A stretch of DNA of 64,000 bases from NCBI GenBank assembly GCA_963805975.1, contig CAWDVR010000004.1, positions 64,001 to 128,000 of the forward strand, given 5' to 3'. The position numbers and the translations under genes were made by a program. This document shows, piece by piece, positions 11,932 to 24,405 of the stretch (positions are counted from its first letter, which is position 1; each line of letters starts with the position of its first letter). This stretch comes from an uncultured Acidobacteriota bacterium (GTDB taxonomy: Bacteria; Acidobacteriota; Thermoanaerobaculia; Multivoradales; SZUA-115). Under the pieces are notes generated by a model. It saw nothing but the letters and a program-made list of their open reading frames with translations, made no database searches and had not been told where the DNA came from.

Positions 11932-12015
11932 CTCTCATCGACTTCTGCCGACCAAGCGACCCACCGCCCAGAGGGCGCCCTTTGAGCCCCTTGCTCTTAA
12001 CAATGGAGGGCCTCA
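11932..12015 (+). mobile_element. putative IS1111/IS110-family right-end remnant, copy B, abutting an attC R'' box
   Basis: Inverted homolog of 10641-10725. It ends CTTAACAATGGAGGGCCTCA and lies 4 nt from the minus-strand R'' ACCTAAC (12020-12026) that follows the stop of 12039-12806. Confidence 0.55.
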
Positions 12016-12038
12016 CCGGGTTAGGTCGGGCCGCCGTC

Positions 12039-12806
12039 CTACGGCGCTGACTCAGGAGCACGGAAGGCCGCCAAGACCTTGTACTTGGCACTGTTTCCAG
12101 TGACGGAGGAGAGGGAGAGACGGGCGCCCCTATATGTGACTTCGGTGTCGCCCGAGGGCGAGATGTCGTAGCTGAGATCCTGGACAGCGGTTGGTCGTGT
12201 CCAATCCGAGCTGAACTCTCGGTATGTAAGACGAAGGACACCGGCCGACGCACCCTGGTAGATCAACTCCATTCGCCAGCCATGACCCTCCGTAGCTGGT
12301 TCGTACACGAGGTCGTATTGAGCAGTCAGGTGCTCGACCGGCCTACCACCGCCCACTATCTGGACTTTGTCGAAGGCACCATCGCCATCCCGATCCTTCA
12401 GGCAATAGAGCGCGGCTTCGTAGCCCTTGCAGTATTCCTTCTGCCCGCTGCCAAGCTCAAGGTCGCCCTCTAGGAGTAAGCCCTTGGGAAGCATCATGCC
12501 GGACTGCGAGACTCGAGTGTCAGCCTTGAGTCTCGCGAACTCGATCTCTAGGCGGTTCACGCTGACGAGGATCGGATCCCCAGTTGCTACTTCCGCTTCC
12601 GTTCCAACCGGCGGTATGACCTCGCGGTTCTGCCGTGTTACAGAATCTGCCATCAAGGGAATCGCCGTGAGCGCGAGGAGCGCAATTGCGAGACGACGCC
12701 TCCGCCATCCGACACAGAGTCGGTTGACGATGGCATGTCCGGGTCGGCTGACCGGACGGGCCTCATTCCTACCCCAGTCTGCTCGAGCCATGTTAACCCC
12801 GCGCAT
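12039..12806 (-). CDS. secreted hypothetical protein; probable cassette ORF; true start uncertain
   Basis: Signal-like RRRRLAIALLALTAIPLMA, a DRDGDG motif, and C-terminal ELIYQG...LTYREF..DWTRP...QDLSYD. An R'' box follows the stop. Confidence 0.6.
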   Translation of the reverse strand: MRGVNMARADWGRNEARPVSRPGHAIVNRLCVGWRRRRLAIALLALTAIPLMADSVTRQNREVIPPVGTEAEVATGDPILVSVNRLEIEFARLKADTRVSQSGMMLPKGLLLEGDLELGSGQKEYCKGYEAALYCLKDRDGDGAFDKVQIVGGGRPVEHLTAQYDLVYEPATEGHGWRMELIYQGASAGVLRLTYREFSSDWTRPTAVQDLSYDISPSGDTEVTYRGARLSLSSVTGNSAKYKVLAAFRAPESAP

Positions 12807-13142
12807 TGGCCACCCGCAGTGCTACTGCGAGGCCATGACTGTCTTAGCCTGGCTTCAGTTGGTGGGATTCTACAACAGGCTCTAGAGGAGCGGGCGCGAC
12901 TCAGTTCTCTAGAGCCCTCCCCCAGTTGGCATACCGCGTCGGCCGGCACAGAGCCGCGAGCCTTCGCCTGAGCCCAAGGGCCTCCGCGGCACTGCATATG
13001 GCGCATGCGCTGACCCTGAGATTCCTAGTAGCTCTACAACCACGCTTGAGCGTCTCTCACACGGCCGGCAGGTGAAGCCTGGCGCTCGTCTGCCGCTGCA
13101 CTTCGCCCCCGCAGCACGCGTGCCTGCCCCTGTCAATCTAGC

Positions 13143-14277
13143 TAGTGTGTCGTCCTCGAAATAGGTGTAACGAAGATCGAGGTAGATTCGTATGAAGGAG
13201 CATGGGAAAGACGAGGGTTCTTCGTGTGAGTGCCCGAGATCGGGCGGCTCTGGAAGCCTTGGTGGCTCAGCCGACAGCGCCGGCGGGCCATGTGCGTCGG
13301 GCTCGGCTGGTTTTGTTGGCCCACGAGGGGGTCTCGGGCGTGGAGATCGCGAAGCGTCTTCACCTTTCGGTTCCCCAGGTCAGCCGCCTGCGCAAGCGCT
13401 TCGAACGTGGAGGCGTGGCCGGCTTGGCGGACCAGCCCAAGCCGGGTCGCGGGAACAACGTCTCGGAGGCGAAGGTGCGCGAGATCGTGAAGACGGTGAT
13501 GGAGCCGCCGCCGGCCGGCTACTCGCACTGGTCGGTTCGGCAGCTGGCGGTTCGGGTGAAGCTGGGGCACACGGTCGTGCATAAGATTCTTCGGGCGAAC
13601 GACCTGAAGCCGCATCTGCAGCAGACCTTCAAAGTCAGCAAGGATCCGCGGTTCGCTGAGAAGGTCCAGGACGTGGTGGGTCTGTACCTGAACCCGCCGG
13701 AGAAGGCTGTCGTGCTGTGTCTGGACGAGAAGACCCAAGTTCAGGCGCTGGAGAGAACCCAACCTTTGCTGCCCTTGAGGTCCGGGCAACCGCAACGGCG
13801 CACCCACGACTACAAGAGGCATGGAGTCACAGACCTCTACGCGGCTTTGGAACTGGCGACGGGCCGAGTGGTCGGAGACTGTCGGGACTCTCACACCGGC
13901 GCGGACTTCCTTAGTTTCCTCGATCGGCTCCAGCGCGAGTTTCCGCGGCGCGAATTGCACGTCGTCCTGGACAACTCCTCCACTCACAAGACACCCGAGG
14001 TCCAGGCCTGGTTGACGAAGAACCCTCGGATCACCTTTCACTTCACTCCCACCAGTGCTTCCTGGCTCAACCAAGTAGAGGGATTCTTCAGCATCCTGAC
14101 CCGTCGCAGCCTGCGACGTACGAGCTTCCCATCGAAGGCCGCTCTCATGCACCACATCAAGGACTTCCTGCGAGCTTGGAACGACAACCCCACGCCCTTT
14201 GTCTGGACCAAGTCCCCACACCGCATCGTCCGTAACCACAACCGCATCCTTGCGCGGATTACGAGGACGGTACACTA
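13143..14277 (+). mobile_element. IS630-family insertion sequence, apparently intact
   Basis: Terminal inverted repeats CTAGTGTGTCGTCCTCGAAAT (from 13142) and the reverse complement of the right end CTAGTGTACCGTCCTCGTAAT (to 14278) match at 18/21. TA within CTAG is present at both ends. Confidence 0.92.
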
Positions 14278-14278
14278 G
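13202..14278 (+). CDS. IS630-family DDE transposase
   Basis: N-terminal HTHs, VLCLDEKTQVQALER, THDYKRHG, VVLDNSSTHK and FTPTSASWLNQVE. SD AAGGAG. Confidence 0.95.
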   Translation: MGKTRVLRVSARDRAALEALVAQPTAPAGHVRRARLVLLAHEGVSGVEIAKRLHLSVPQVSRLRKRFERGGVAGLADQPKPGRGNNVSEAKVREIVKTVMEPPPAGYSHWSVRQLAVRVKLGHTVVHKILRANDLKPHLQQTFKVSKDPRFAEKVQDVVGLYLNPPEKAVVLCLDEKTQVQALERTQPLLPLRSGQPQRRTHDYKRHGVTDLYAALELATGRVVGDCRDSHTGADFLSFLDRLQREFPRRELHVVLDNSSTHKTPEVQAWLTKNPRITFHFTPTSASWLNQVEGFFSILTRRSLRRTSFPSKAALMHHIKDFLRAWNDNPTPFVWTKSPHRIVRNHNRILARITRTVH

Positions 14279-14811
14279 GGAGTAACGAGAACAGCTCCTC
14301 GAGGCAGTCGAAGATCTCGATCGGCCGCGCCTCGTCGCCGCTGCGGCGCAGCTCCTCGACCACCTCCGAGGGCTTGAGCCCCTGCTCCGCCAGCAGGCCA
14401 ACCGCTCGGGGCGGGTGGACGGTCGGCGGTTCTTCGCGTACCACGAGCTGTGCCTGACGGAGGCCCGGACGTTCGACGCCGAGGCCTTCGGCCAGGGGAT
14501 CGTGGGCTTCCGGTTCACCGAACCGGGAGCAGTAGCCCCGGCTGAGGTCGAGCCGGTCGAGCGCAAGCCGGCCCGTGCCGATCGCCCCTCTCGATCCTTA
14601 CGGCAAGCTTGAGCACCTGAGCCCCCATTTGGTCGCCTTGCTGGCGAGCCGCACCTCGGCCGGCGAAAGCTGGCAGAACGTCTGCTCGTGGGCCATGTCG
14701 GTCAGGTAGCCGCGCTGGCCGTCTCCGAGTACCGGGCGATCGCTGACGGGCTGAGAGCGTCGGCCACGGGCTAACCTTGCTGGCCTACCCCATCGGCGGT
14801 ACTCTTGCGTA

Positions 14812-15361
<550 letters not shown>

Positions 15362-15454
15362 CATCGGGCTCTAGCCCGAGTCGGCCGCATCATGGATGCA
15401 ACTCGGGCCAGGCCTTCTTGGCGGGGACGAAAGTCTACGCTCTCCCAGGTCGAT

Positions 15455-15530
15455 GTCTAACACGCGCGTGCAGCGGACTCGCTCATCGCCTTCGGCTCTT
15501 CGCTCGCCGCTGACGCGCCACCCGTTAGAC
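15455..15530 (+). mobile_element. integron attC recombination site (76 bp)
   Basis: R'' GTCTAAC at 15455-15461 and R' GTTAGAC at 15524-15530 are perfectly complementary. Inner arms are GCGCGTGCAGCGG and CCGCTGACGCGC with the extrahelical G. Confidence 0.9.
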
Positions 15531-15567
15531 CGCAGAACGAGCACTACTCGATCATAGGAGAAAGACG

Positions 15568-15948
15568 ATGAAGCGCGTGACGGGCATCGGTGGCATATTT
15601 TTCAAATCGGCGGACCCCAAGCGCCTTGGCGTTTGGTATCGCGACCACCTTGGCTTGGACGTGAGCGACTGGGGCGGAGCCATATTTCAGTGGGGTGGCT
15701 CCGACAGCCCGCCTGGGATGACCATTTGGAGCCCGTTTGCCCAGAACACAGAAAAAATGGAGCCGAGCTCCGCGTCCTTCATGATCAACTTCCGCGTGGC
15801 GGATCTGGACGCACTCCTGGCCGCGTTGCGCACTGAAGGTTGCAACGTCCTCGAGAAGACGGACGACTCGGAGTACGGGAAGTTCGGCTGGGTCGTCGAC
15901 CCGGAGGGAAACAAAGTCGAACTCTGGCAGCCGCCCGCGGGGCAGTGA
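15568..15948 (+). CDS. VOC/glyoxalase family protein; cassette ORF
   Basis: RVTGIGGIFFK, FMINFRVADLD and YGKFGWVVDPEGNKVELW. SD AGGAG. It starts 37 nt after attC R'. Confidence 0.9.
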   Translation: MKRVTGIGGIFFKSADPKRLGVWYRDHLGLDVSDWGGAIFQWGGSDSPPGMTIWSPFAQNTEKMEPSSASFMINFRVADLDALLAALRTEGCNVLEKTDDSEYGKFGWVVDPEGNKVELWQPPAGQ

Positions 15949-16122
15949 ACAGCGCGCAACTGCCTGGGAACGACTCTTAACCCTTCGAGGTCGGCGTCTG
16001 GGCGAAGTTGGCTGTATGTCACGGGCCCGTCCACGAAAAAGGTCGCTGGGCTCAGAACGTGGATCGCGCGGGGAGAAACCGCCCTGCGCGCGCCAACCCG
16101 GGAAACCGGGAGGAGGCACACG

Positions 16123-16494
16123 ATGAACATCCTGTTGTGGGTCCTGCAGGTCCTCGCCGCGCTCCTGTACGGGTCGTCGGGCGTCATGAAGGTCTTCATG
16201 CTCGACAAAGTAAGCAAGGACGTCCCGTCCTTTGGTGCGTTGCCGCGGGAAGCCTGGGTGGCCCTGGGCATCCTGGAGCTCGTGTGCACGGTCGGGCTCA
16301 TCGTCCCCGCCGCCCTCCATTGGCAGCCGCGGCTGACGGTCCTGGCTGCCACGGTCCTGGCGATCGAGAGCCTCGTGTTCGTCTGGGTGCACGTCCAGTA
16401 CCGCGAGATCACGCCCATGATCTTGAGCGGCGTGCTGGGCCTCCTCATGGCGTTCATCGCGTACGGCCGGATGGTCCTGAAGCCGATCTCCTGA
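16123..16494 (+). CDS. DoxX-like membrane protein
   Basis: MNILLWVLQVLAALLY..SGVMK and ALGILELVCTVGLIVP, with four hydrophobic segments. SD GGAGG. Confidence 0.85.
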   Translation: MNILLWVLQVLAALLYGSSGVMKVFMLDKVSKDVPSFGALPREAWVALGILELVCTVGLIVPAALHWQPRLTVLAATVLAIESLVFVWVHVQYREITPMILSGVLGLLMAFIAYGRMVLKPIS

Positions 16495-16520
16495 CCGGCG
16501 GGCCGCCCGGCGGCTCCCGG

Positions 16521-16600
16521 TCAGGCGGGCCCGGCGAGCACCCGGTCCAGCGCCTCGTAGCTTCGCTGCAACCCGTCCTCCATCCCCGCGTCCAACCAGA
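16521..16600 (-). pseudogene. 3' stump of an SRPBCC/AHSA1 family gene
   Basis: Minus-strand translation LDAGMEDGLQRSYEALDRVLAGPA-stop matches the typical SRPBCC C-terminal helix. Confidence 0.55.
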
Positions 16601-16631
16601 GGGCTTCCCCTCAACGAACCTGACGAGCAAG

Positions 16632-16830
16632 TCAGGCCGCCAGAAGCGTCAACGCTGGCTGCAGGCCACCGGCAGGAGACTCGGATAGCTCGTCGAAAGC
16701 GCCAACCTGCGCGATCTCACCCTCATTGAAGACGCATCCGGTTCGCGCACCGCGCAGTGTTGACCGCCGATGCGCGACCATGACCACGGTATGAGCCTTG
16801 AGCCTTCGGCTCAAGGCCTCCAAGACCCGC
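16632..16830 (-). pseudogene. 3' stump of an ABC exporter ATPase
   Basis: ALSRRLKAHTVVMVAHRRSTLR...VFNEGEIAQVGAFDEL corresponds to the H-loop and C-terminus only; no Walker motifs are present. Confidence 0.6.
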
Positions 16831-16879
16831 CTCCCAGTCGATCTGCGCCCAGGCGGGCACCGCGCGGGACCTGAAAAGA

Positions 16880-17640
16880 TCATCCCACCGGGATCAGAAG
16901 AATTCCTCCTCCGCTCCTCTTGGTCGAGCAGCCATGCGTCACGGCGAAGAGCTCATCGCCCTCGACCGTGACCGGCGTCGAGCGCGGGCTGCTGAGCTGG
17001 CAAGCGGGGAACTCCTGCCACGCCGCGACGATCTCTCCTCTGCTGAGCGGCGGCGCGATGGCGTTGAAGGTGAGGTCCGGGTAGTAGAACGAGTCGGCGT
17101 GGGTCGTTCCGCTCGAGCGCTCGACGATGACCCGGGCACCGACCAGCACTTCCGAGACCCGGATCGCCCGCTGGCACTCGCGTAGCGGATCGACGACCGG
17201 CGCCGGCAGTGGCCTGTCCATGCGCGGGCTGGGAGCCGGCGGGAACGCGGTCACGCCGCTCGTCAAAGCGCAGGCTTCCTGCTCGGCGAGCAGCCGCCCC
17301 CATGCTGATCGCCGGCGCCAGGCGGACGTGCACTCCGGTGCCGTCGGCTTCTCCGGCCCCGAGAGTCGCCCCCCCTTCTTTGACCGTGACCTCCGCCCCC
17401 GGGACCGCACCCTTGATCCACACGGACTGACCGCAGCCGTACGGCTGCGCGAGGACCGAGAGCGGACCCGGTGGAGTCTTGGCCAGGACCCTGACGAACG
17501 GCTCGGGCGTGGTCGGGCTGGGACCGCTGCCGTAGTCCTTGGTCGCGACGACCTCCTCGCCGTGGTTCAGGCTTTGGCCGGGAAGCAACGGGAAGGCGTG
17601 GTCGCTCCACGGAGCGACGGCGTCCGCCACCAGGCCGGGG
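16880..17640 (-). pseudogene. internal fragment of a beta-rich repeat extracellular protein, frameshifted near 17300
   Basis: Two related units in adjacent frames: CGQSVWIKGAVPGAEVTV...AEQEAC and CQRAIRVSEVLVGARVIV...AWQEFPAC. Confidence 0.45.
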
Positions 17641-17751
17641 TGGGGGTGGACGCGGAGTGGGGTGGGACGCCGGCGGCGCTAGACAACTCCGGAGCGACGT
17701 GGAACGATCGCGCGGGTGACTAGCATACCCGCCGCCGCGCAGGACCTGCGC

Positions 17752-18000
<249 letters not shown>

Positions 18001-18002
18001 CG

Positions 18003-20407
<2,405 letters not shown>

Positions 20408-20474
20408 CCGAGGCCCTCACGGAAACCGTCAGGCGAGCTCTCGCCGTACTGCCGGAAGCGCGCTCGGGCAGCAC

Positions 20475-21551
20475 ATGAAGGTATCCTCCGCCGCGATGTC
20501 GGAACTTGCCACGGCCGCGAAATCGGTCGGCATCCTTGCGAGGACGGCGCGGCGCGTTGCGATCGCGCTGACGATCTCGATCGGCGTCGGGCTCCTGCTG
20601 CTGAAGCTGTGGAAGGGCTCGCCGGCCTCGCTCTTCCTCGGCGCTATCGTCCTCGGCCTGGCGGCGACCGCGGCCTTCGCGCTCTTCGAAGTGTGGCCCC
20701 GGAGGCTCCCGCGCTGGATCGAGCGATGGGTGCTCCAAGTGGTTGCCGTCGGCGTTGTGATCCCGGTCACGGCCTTCGTGATGCACCGCCTGGATCACTT
20801 GGGCGCGCCGCCATTCTGGACGCCTCACGACGGGCTGCTCCTCACCTTCGCCGCCGTCCTGCTCGCGCCGTGGACGGCGCTCGCGGCGATCGTCCGGCAG
20901 AAGGAGGCCGTCGTTCGCGATCAGCAGCTGGCGTTCGCGCTCGAGCGCAGCGAGCTCGAGCGGCAGGCGCTCGACGCGCGGTTGCATCTGCTGCAGGCGC
21001 AGGTCGCCCCGCATTTCCTCTTCAACACGCTCGCCAACGTGCAGGCGCTCGTCGACGCGGGCTCGCCGCACGCGGCGAGCGTGCTGCGGAGCCTCGTTGC
21101 ATACCTGCGCGCGGCGGTGCCGCAGCTCCACGAGCCCACCGCGACGATCGAGCGCGAGTTGCAGCTCGTGCACCCCTATCTCGAGCTGATGCAGATGCGC
21201 ATGCCCGATCGCCTGCAGTACGCGATGCGCGTCGACCCCTCGGCGCTCGAGGTGCGCTGTCCTCCGACCACGCTGCTGACGCTGGTCGAGAATGCCGTGC
21301 GCCACGGGATCGACCCCAGTGAAGAAGGAGGGCGGATCGACATCGACATCGAACGGCTGGGTGCACGCTGTGTCGTCCGCGTCACCGACACCGGCGCCGG
21401 ACTGCAGCCATCGGCGAGCGGTCTCGGGACCGGGCTGGCGACTCTGCGCGGCCGGCTGCAACTCATCTTCGGCGATGCCGCGGAGCTGCGCCTGATACCT
21501 GGCGACCCCCGCGGCGTCGCCGTCGAAGTCGAGATGCCGGCGCAGACGTGA
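20475..21551 (+). CDS. LytS/YehU-family sensor histidine kinase
   Basis: LQAQVAPHFLFNTL, LVENAVRHG, VTDTGAG and GTGLATLRGRL, with N-terminal TM helices. Confidence 0.92.
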   Translation: MKVSSAAMSELATAAKSVGILARTARRVAIALTISIGVGLLLLKLWKGSPASLFLGAIVLGLAATAAFALFEVWPRRLPRWIERWVLQVVAVGVVIPVTAFVMHRLDHLGAPPFWTPHDGLLLTFAAVLLAPWTALAAIVRQKEAVVRDQQLAFALERSELERQALDARLHLLQAQVAPHFLFNTLANVQALVDAGSPHAASVLRSLVAYLRAAVPQLHEPTATIERELQLVHPYLELMQMRMPDRLQYAMRVDPSALEVRCPPTTLLTLVENAVRHGIDPSEEGGRIDIDIERLGARCVVRVTDTGAGLQPSASGLGTGLATLRGRLQLIFGDAAELRLIPGDPRGVAVEVEMPAQT

Positions 21552-22336
21552 ACGCCCGCGCGACCGCCTTGATCGCGGACGACGAACCGCTGCTGCGCGA
21601 GGCACTGCGGCGCCAGCTCGCGAGCGTCTGGCCCGAGCTCGAGATCGTGGCCGAGGCGCGCAACGGGCGGGAGGCGGTGCGGCTGTTCGACGAGCGGCAT
21701 CCCGACATCTGCTTCCTCGACGTCCACATGCCGGGCCTCTCCGGCGTCGACACCGCGAACCACATCGGCCGCCGCGCGCATCTCGTGTTCGTCACCGCGT
21801 ACGACCACTACGCAGTGCAGGCCTTTGCGCAGGGCGCCCTCGACTACCTTCTGAAGCCGGTCGAGCAGGCACGGCTCGCGGAAACCGTGAGCCGGCTCCA
21901 GGAACGTCTGCAGTCATCGCGGCCGGCGATCAACACCGAGCAGCTCTTGCAGCAACTCAGCGCCCAGCTCGCGAAGCTGCAGGGCGGCGGGAATAGCGAG
22001 CCGCTGCGCTGGATTCGGGCCCAAGCGGGAAAAACGGTGCGTCTCATCGCAACCGAGGACGTCGACTATCTTCGGTCGGACGCGAAGTACACACTCGTCG
22101 CCTGGCGCGATGGCGGCAAACCCGCCCAGGCCGTAGTCCGGATTCCGCTCAAGGAGCTGCTCGAGCAGCTCGACGCGCAGCAGTTCGCGCAGGTCCATCG
22201 ATCGGTCGTGGTGAATCTGCGCGCGATTTGCCTCGTGAAGCGACACGACAACGAGACGGCGGAGGTTCACCTGAAGGGGCGCGACGAGGTGCTGCCGGTG
22301 AGCCGCAACTACGTGCACCTGTTCCGGCAGATGTAG
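21548..22336 (+). CDS. LytTR-family response regulator
   Basis: IADDEPL, FLDVHMPGLSG, DYLLKP and FAQVHRSVVVN. GTGA overlap with the kinase. Confidence 0.93.
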   Translation: MNARATALIADDEPLLREALRRQLASVWPELEIVAEARNGREAVRLFDERHPDICFLDVHMPGLSGVDTANHIGRRAHLVFVTAYDHYAVQAFAQGALDYLLKPVEQARLAETVSRLQERLQSSRPAINTEQLLQQLSAQLAKLQGGGNSEPLRWIRAQAGKTVRLIATEDVDYLRSDAKYTLVAWRDGGKPAQAVVRIPLKELLEQLDAQQFAQVHRSVVVNLRAICLVKRHDNETAEVHLKGRDEVLPVSRNYVHLFRQM

Positions 22337-22480
22337 CCTCCGTTCGTCCGCCCGAATCCGCCCTTCGTCGCAATCGGCCTGTTCGCGTGCGTGCGCCGCC
22401 GGTATCTTGGCGCGCATGGCATCGAATCCGCCGAGGCGTGCCGGCCAGCCGTAGGAGAGCGCGAAACACTGGGAGTCGAG

Positions 22481-23230
22481 ATGAAAGAGCCTGTAAGCAA
22501 AGCCTCGCGCCGAGCTCTGTCGAGACTCGGAGGCGTGCTGTACCTGATCATCATCGTCGGCGGCGTCATTGGGGAGGCTTTCATCCGCGGGCGGATCGTC
22601 GTCGCGGGTGACGCACGGGCCACGGCGGCGAATATCACCGCGCTCGAGCCCCTGTGGCGCATCGGCATCGCTACCGAGTTCTTCATGCTGATGTGCACCG
22701 TCGCTTTGGCCCTGATCTTCTACGTCTTGCTGCGGCCGGTCAGTAGGGATCTCGCGCTCTTGGCGGTGCTCTTCAATCTGGTATCGATCGCCGTTGAGGC
22801 AGTCAACGAGCAGAGTCTCCTGGCGGCGCTGTTTCCGTTGGGCAAGGCCAACTACCTGGCGGCTTTCCAGCCGGAGCAGCTTCACGCGCTCTCCAGCCTC
22901 TCACTCCGCTCGTACAGCTATGGCTTCGGCATCAGCTTGCTTTTCTTCGGCTGCGAGTGCCTCGTTCTCGGCTACCTGATCTTCAGATCCCGCTATCTGC
23001 CGAAGACTGTCGGCATCCTCATGCAGCTGGCCGGCTGCTGCTATCTCGTCAACACGTTCGCGCTGCTGCTGTCGCCCAGCCTCGCCAGCCAGATTTTCCC
23101 GACCATCCTGATTCCCGCCCTGATCGGAGAAGCGTCGCTCTGCCTCTGGCTGCTCTTCAAGGGCGTCGACGAGGAGCAGTGGACGCGGGCCGGCGCACAG
23201 GCTGCCACCGACGACGCGGCCGTCGTCTGA
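22481..23230 (+). CDS. DUF4386-like membrane protein
   Basis: SRLGGVLYLIII, VAGDARATAANI and LGYLIFRSRYLPKTVG. SD GGGAG before ATG 22481. Confidence 0.8.
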   Translation: MKEPVSKASRRALSRLGGVLYLIIIVGGVIGEAFIRGRIVVAGDARATAANITALEPLWRIGIATEFFMLMCTVALALIFYVLLRPVSRDLALLAVLFNLVSIAVEAVNEQSLLAALFPLGKANYLAAFQPEQLHALSSLSLRSYSYGFGISLLFFGCECLVLGYLIFRSRYLPKTVGILMQLAGCCYLVNTFALLLSPSLASQIFPTILIPALIGEASLCLWLLFKGVDEEQWTRAGAQAATDDAAVV

Positions 23231-23244
23231 TTGGAGAACATCAA

Positions 23245-23667
23245 ATGAAACACACTGTCGCCTTGACCGTCACATCGCTTCTCTCCGTCCTCTTCACAAT
23301 GGTTCACCTGGCGGACGACTACAGCCGCGGTTTCTCGACGGGAGACATCACGAGCCTCCCTGTGGCGCCCGTCCTGGCCATATGGGTGTACGCGACGCTG
23401 GTACGCGGTGAGCGCCGATCGGGCCATGTCGTCGTCCTCGTGATGTCGATCTTGGCGTCGGGCCTCCCCGTCCTCCACTTGATGGGTAGATCAGGCATTA
23501 CCGGCGGCGCGACCGCCAAGTCCGCCGGCGCCTTTTTCTTCGCCTGGACCCTCCTCGTGCTCGGCGTGACCTCGGTCTGCTCCGTCATACTCTCGGTGCG
23601 CGGACTGTGGAGCCTGCGACGGGGCCGGGCGAAGCTGCCAACAACGCGACACGAGGCGCTCGAATGA
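23245..23667 (+). CDS. hypothetical 4-TM membrane protein
   Basis: SD GGAG, MKHTVALTVTSLLSVLFTMVHLADD and four hydrophobic segments. Confidence 0.65.
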   Translation: MKHTVALTVTSLLSVLFTMVHLADDYSRGFSTGDITSLPVAPVLAIWVYATLVRGERRSGHVVVLVMSILASGLPVLHLMGRSGITGGATAKSAGAFFFAWTLLVLGVTSVCSVILSVRGLWSLRRGRAKLPTTRHEALE

Positions 23668-23721
23668 ATCGCGGAACCCATCTCCAGGCCGACGCGAGAC
23701 TGTTCGCATGATTGGGGAAGC

Positions 23722-24405
23722 ATGCTCCTAGCGATCCACATTGCCGCGGGCGGGCTCGCCCTCGTGCTCGGAGCGGTTGCCCTGTTGGTCAAGAAGGGCG
23801 GGACCCTCCACCGCCGCAGCGGGCTGCTGTTCGTCTACGCCATGGCCGTCATGGGCATCACCGCCGCGATGTTGGGGAACTGGTTCGGCGGCCTGCTCAC
23901 GATCTACTTCGTCGTCACGGCGCTGACGACCGTCCGCCCGGTCTCGCTCTGGACCCGCGTCATCAATGTCGCGGCCATGCTGTTCGCGGCCGTATTCACG
24001 TTCGTCACGATCCTGGCAGGCGTGGAGGCCTTCAACAGCCCCGGTGGATTTCGCAACGGCGTCCCGTTCCTGATGTTCTTCTTCCTCGCGAGCGTCACGG
24101 CCCTGGCGGTGGTCGGCGACCTGCGCATCCTGCGATCCGGCATGCCTCGCGGCGGGCCGCGCCTGGCGCGCCATCTGTGGCGGATGTGCTTCGCGCTGTT
24201 CATCGCGGCCGGATCGTTCTTCTCGATCCGTGAGCGCGTGGCGAGGATCCTTCCCGAGCCATTCACGACGGTGCCGATGCGCGTGCTGCCGATCCTGCTG
24301 GTGTTCGGTGCGATGTTCTATTGGCTGTGGAGGCTCCGCGCCCGCCGCACGTTACCAGTGCTGGTCCGACACGATTCGATGCCACTCACCACTACCGAGG
24401 AGTGA
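23722..24405 (+). CDS. DUF2306-like membrane protein
   Basis: IHIAAGGLAL, KKGGTLHRRSG and RLARHLWRMC. Confidence 0.72.
   Translation: MLLAIHIAAGGLALVLGAVALLVKKGGTLHRRSGLLFVYAMAVMGITAAMLGNWFGGLLTIYFVVTALTTVRPVSLWTRVINVAAMLFAAVFTFVTILAGVEAFNSPGGFRNGVPFLMFFFLASVTALAVVGDLRILRSGMPRGGPRLARHLWRMCFALFIAAGSFFSIRERVARILPEPFTTVPMRVLPILLVFGAMFYWLWRLRARRTLPVLVRHDSMPLTTTEE

Noticed and set aside
10629-12026. Group IIC-attC intron as the source of the attC-interrupting sequence
   Set aside because: No GTGCG 5' end, domain V/VI-like 3' end or RT ORF is visible, and the junction lies 4-5 nt beyond R'' rather than inside it.
14279-14612. Short ORF pieces right of IS630 (GLKPSEVVEELRR on minus; FFAYHELCL on plus)
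   Set aside because: They look protein-like but are too short to assign and have no start signals. They are probably more stumps and are not reported as features.
15364-15408. Nested palindromes TCGGGC-TCTA-GCCCGA and GCCCGAGT...ACTCGGGC after the DHFR-like gene
   Set aside because: Single occurrence in the window with no U-tract. I cannot distinguish a REP remnant from a chance GC-rich hairpin.
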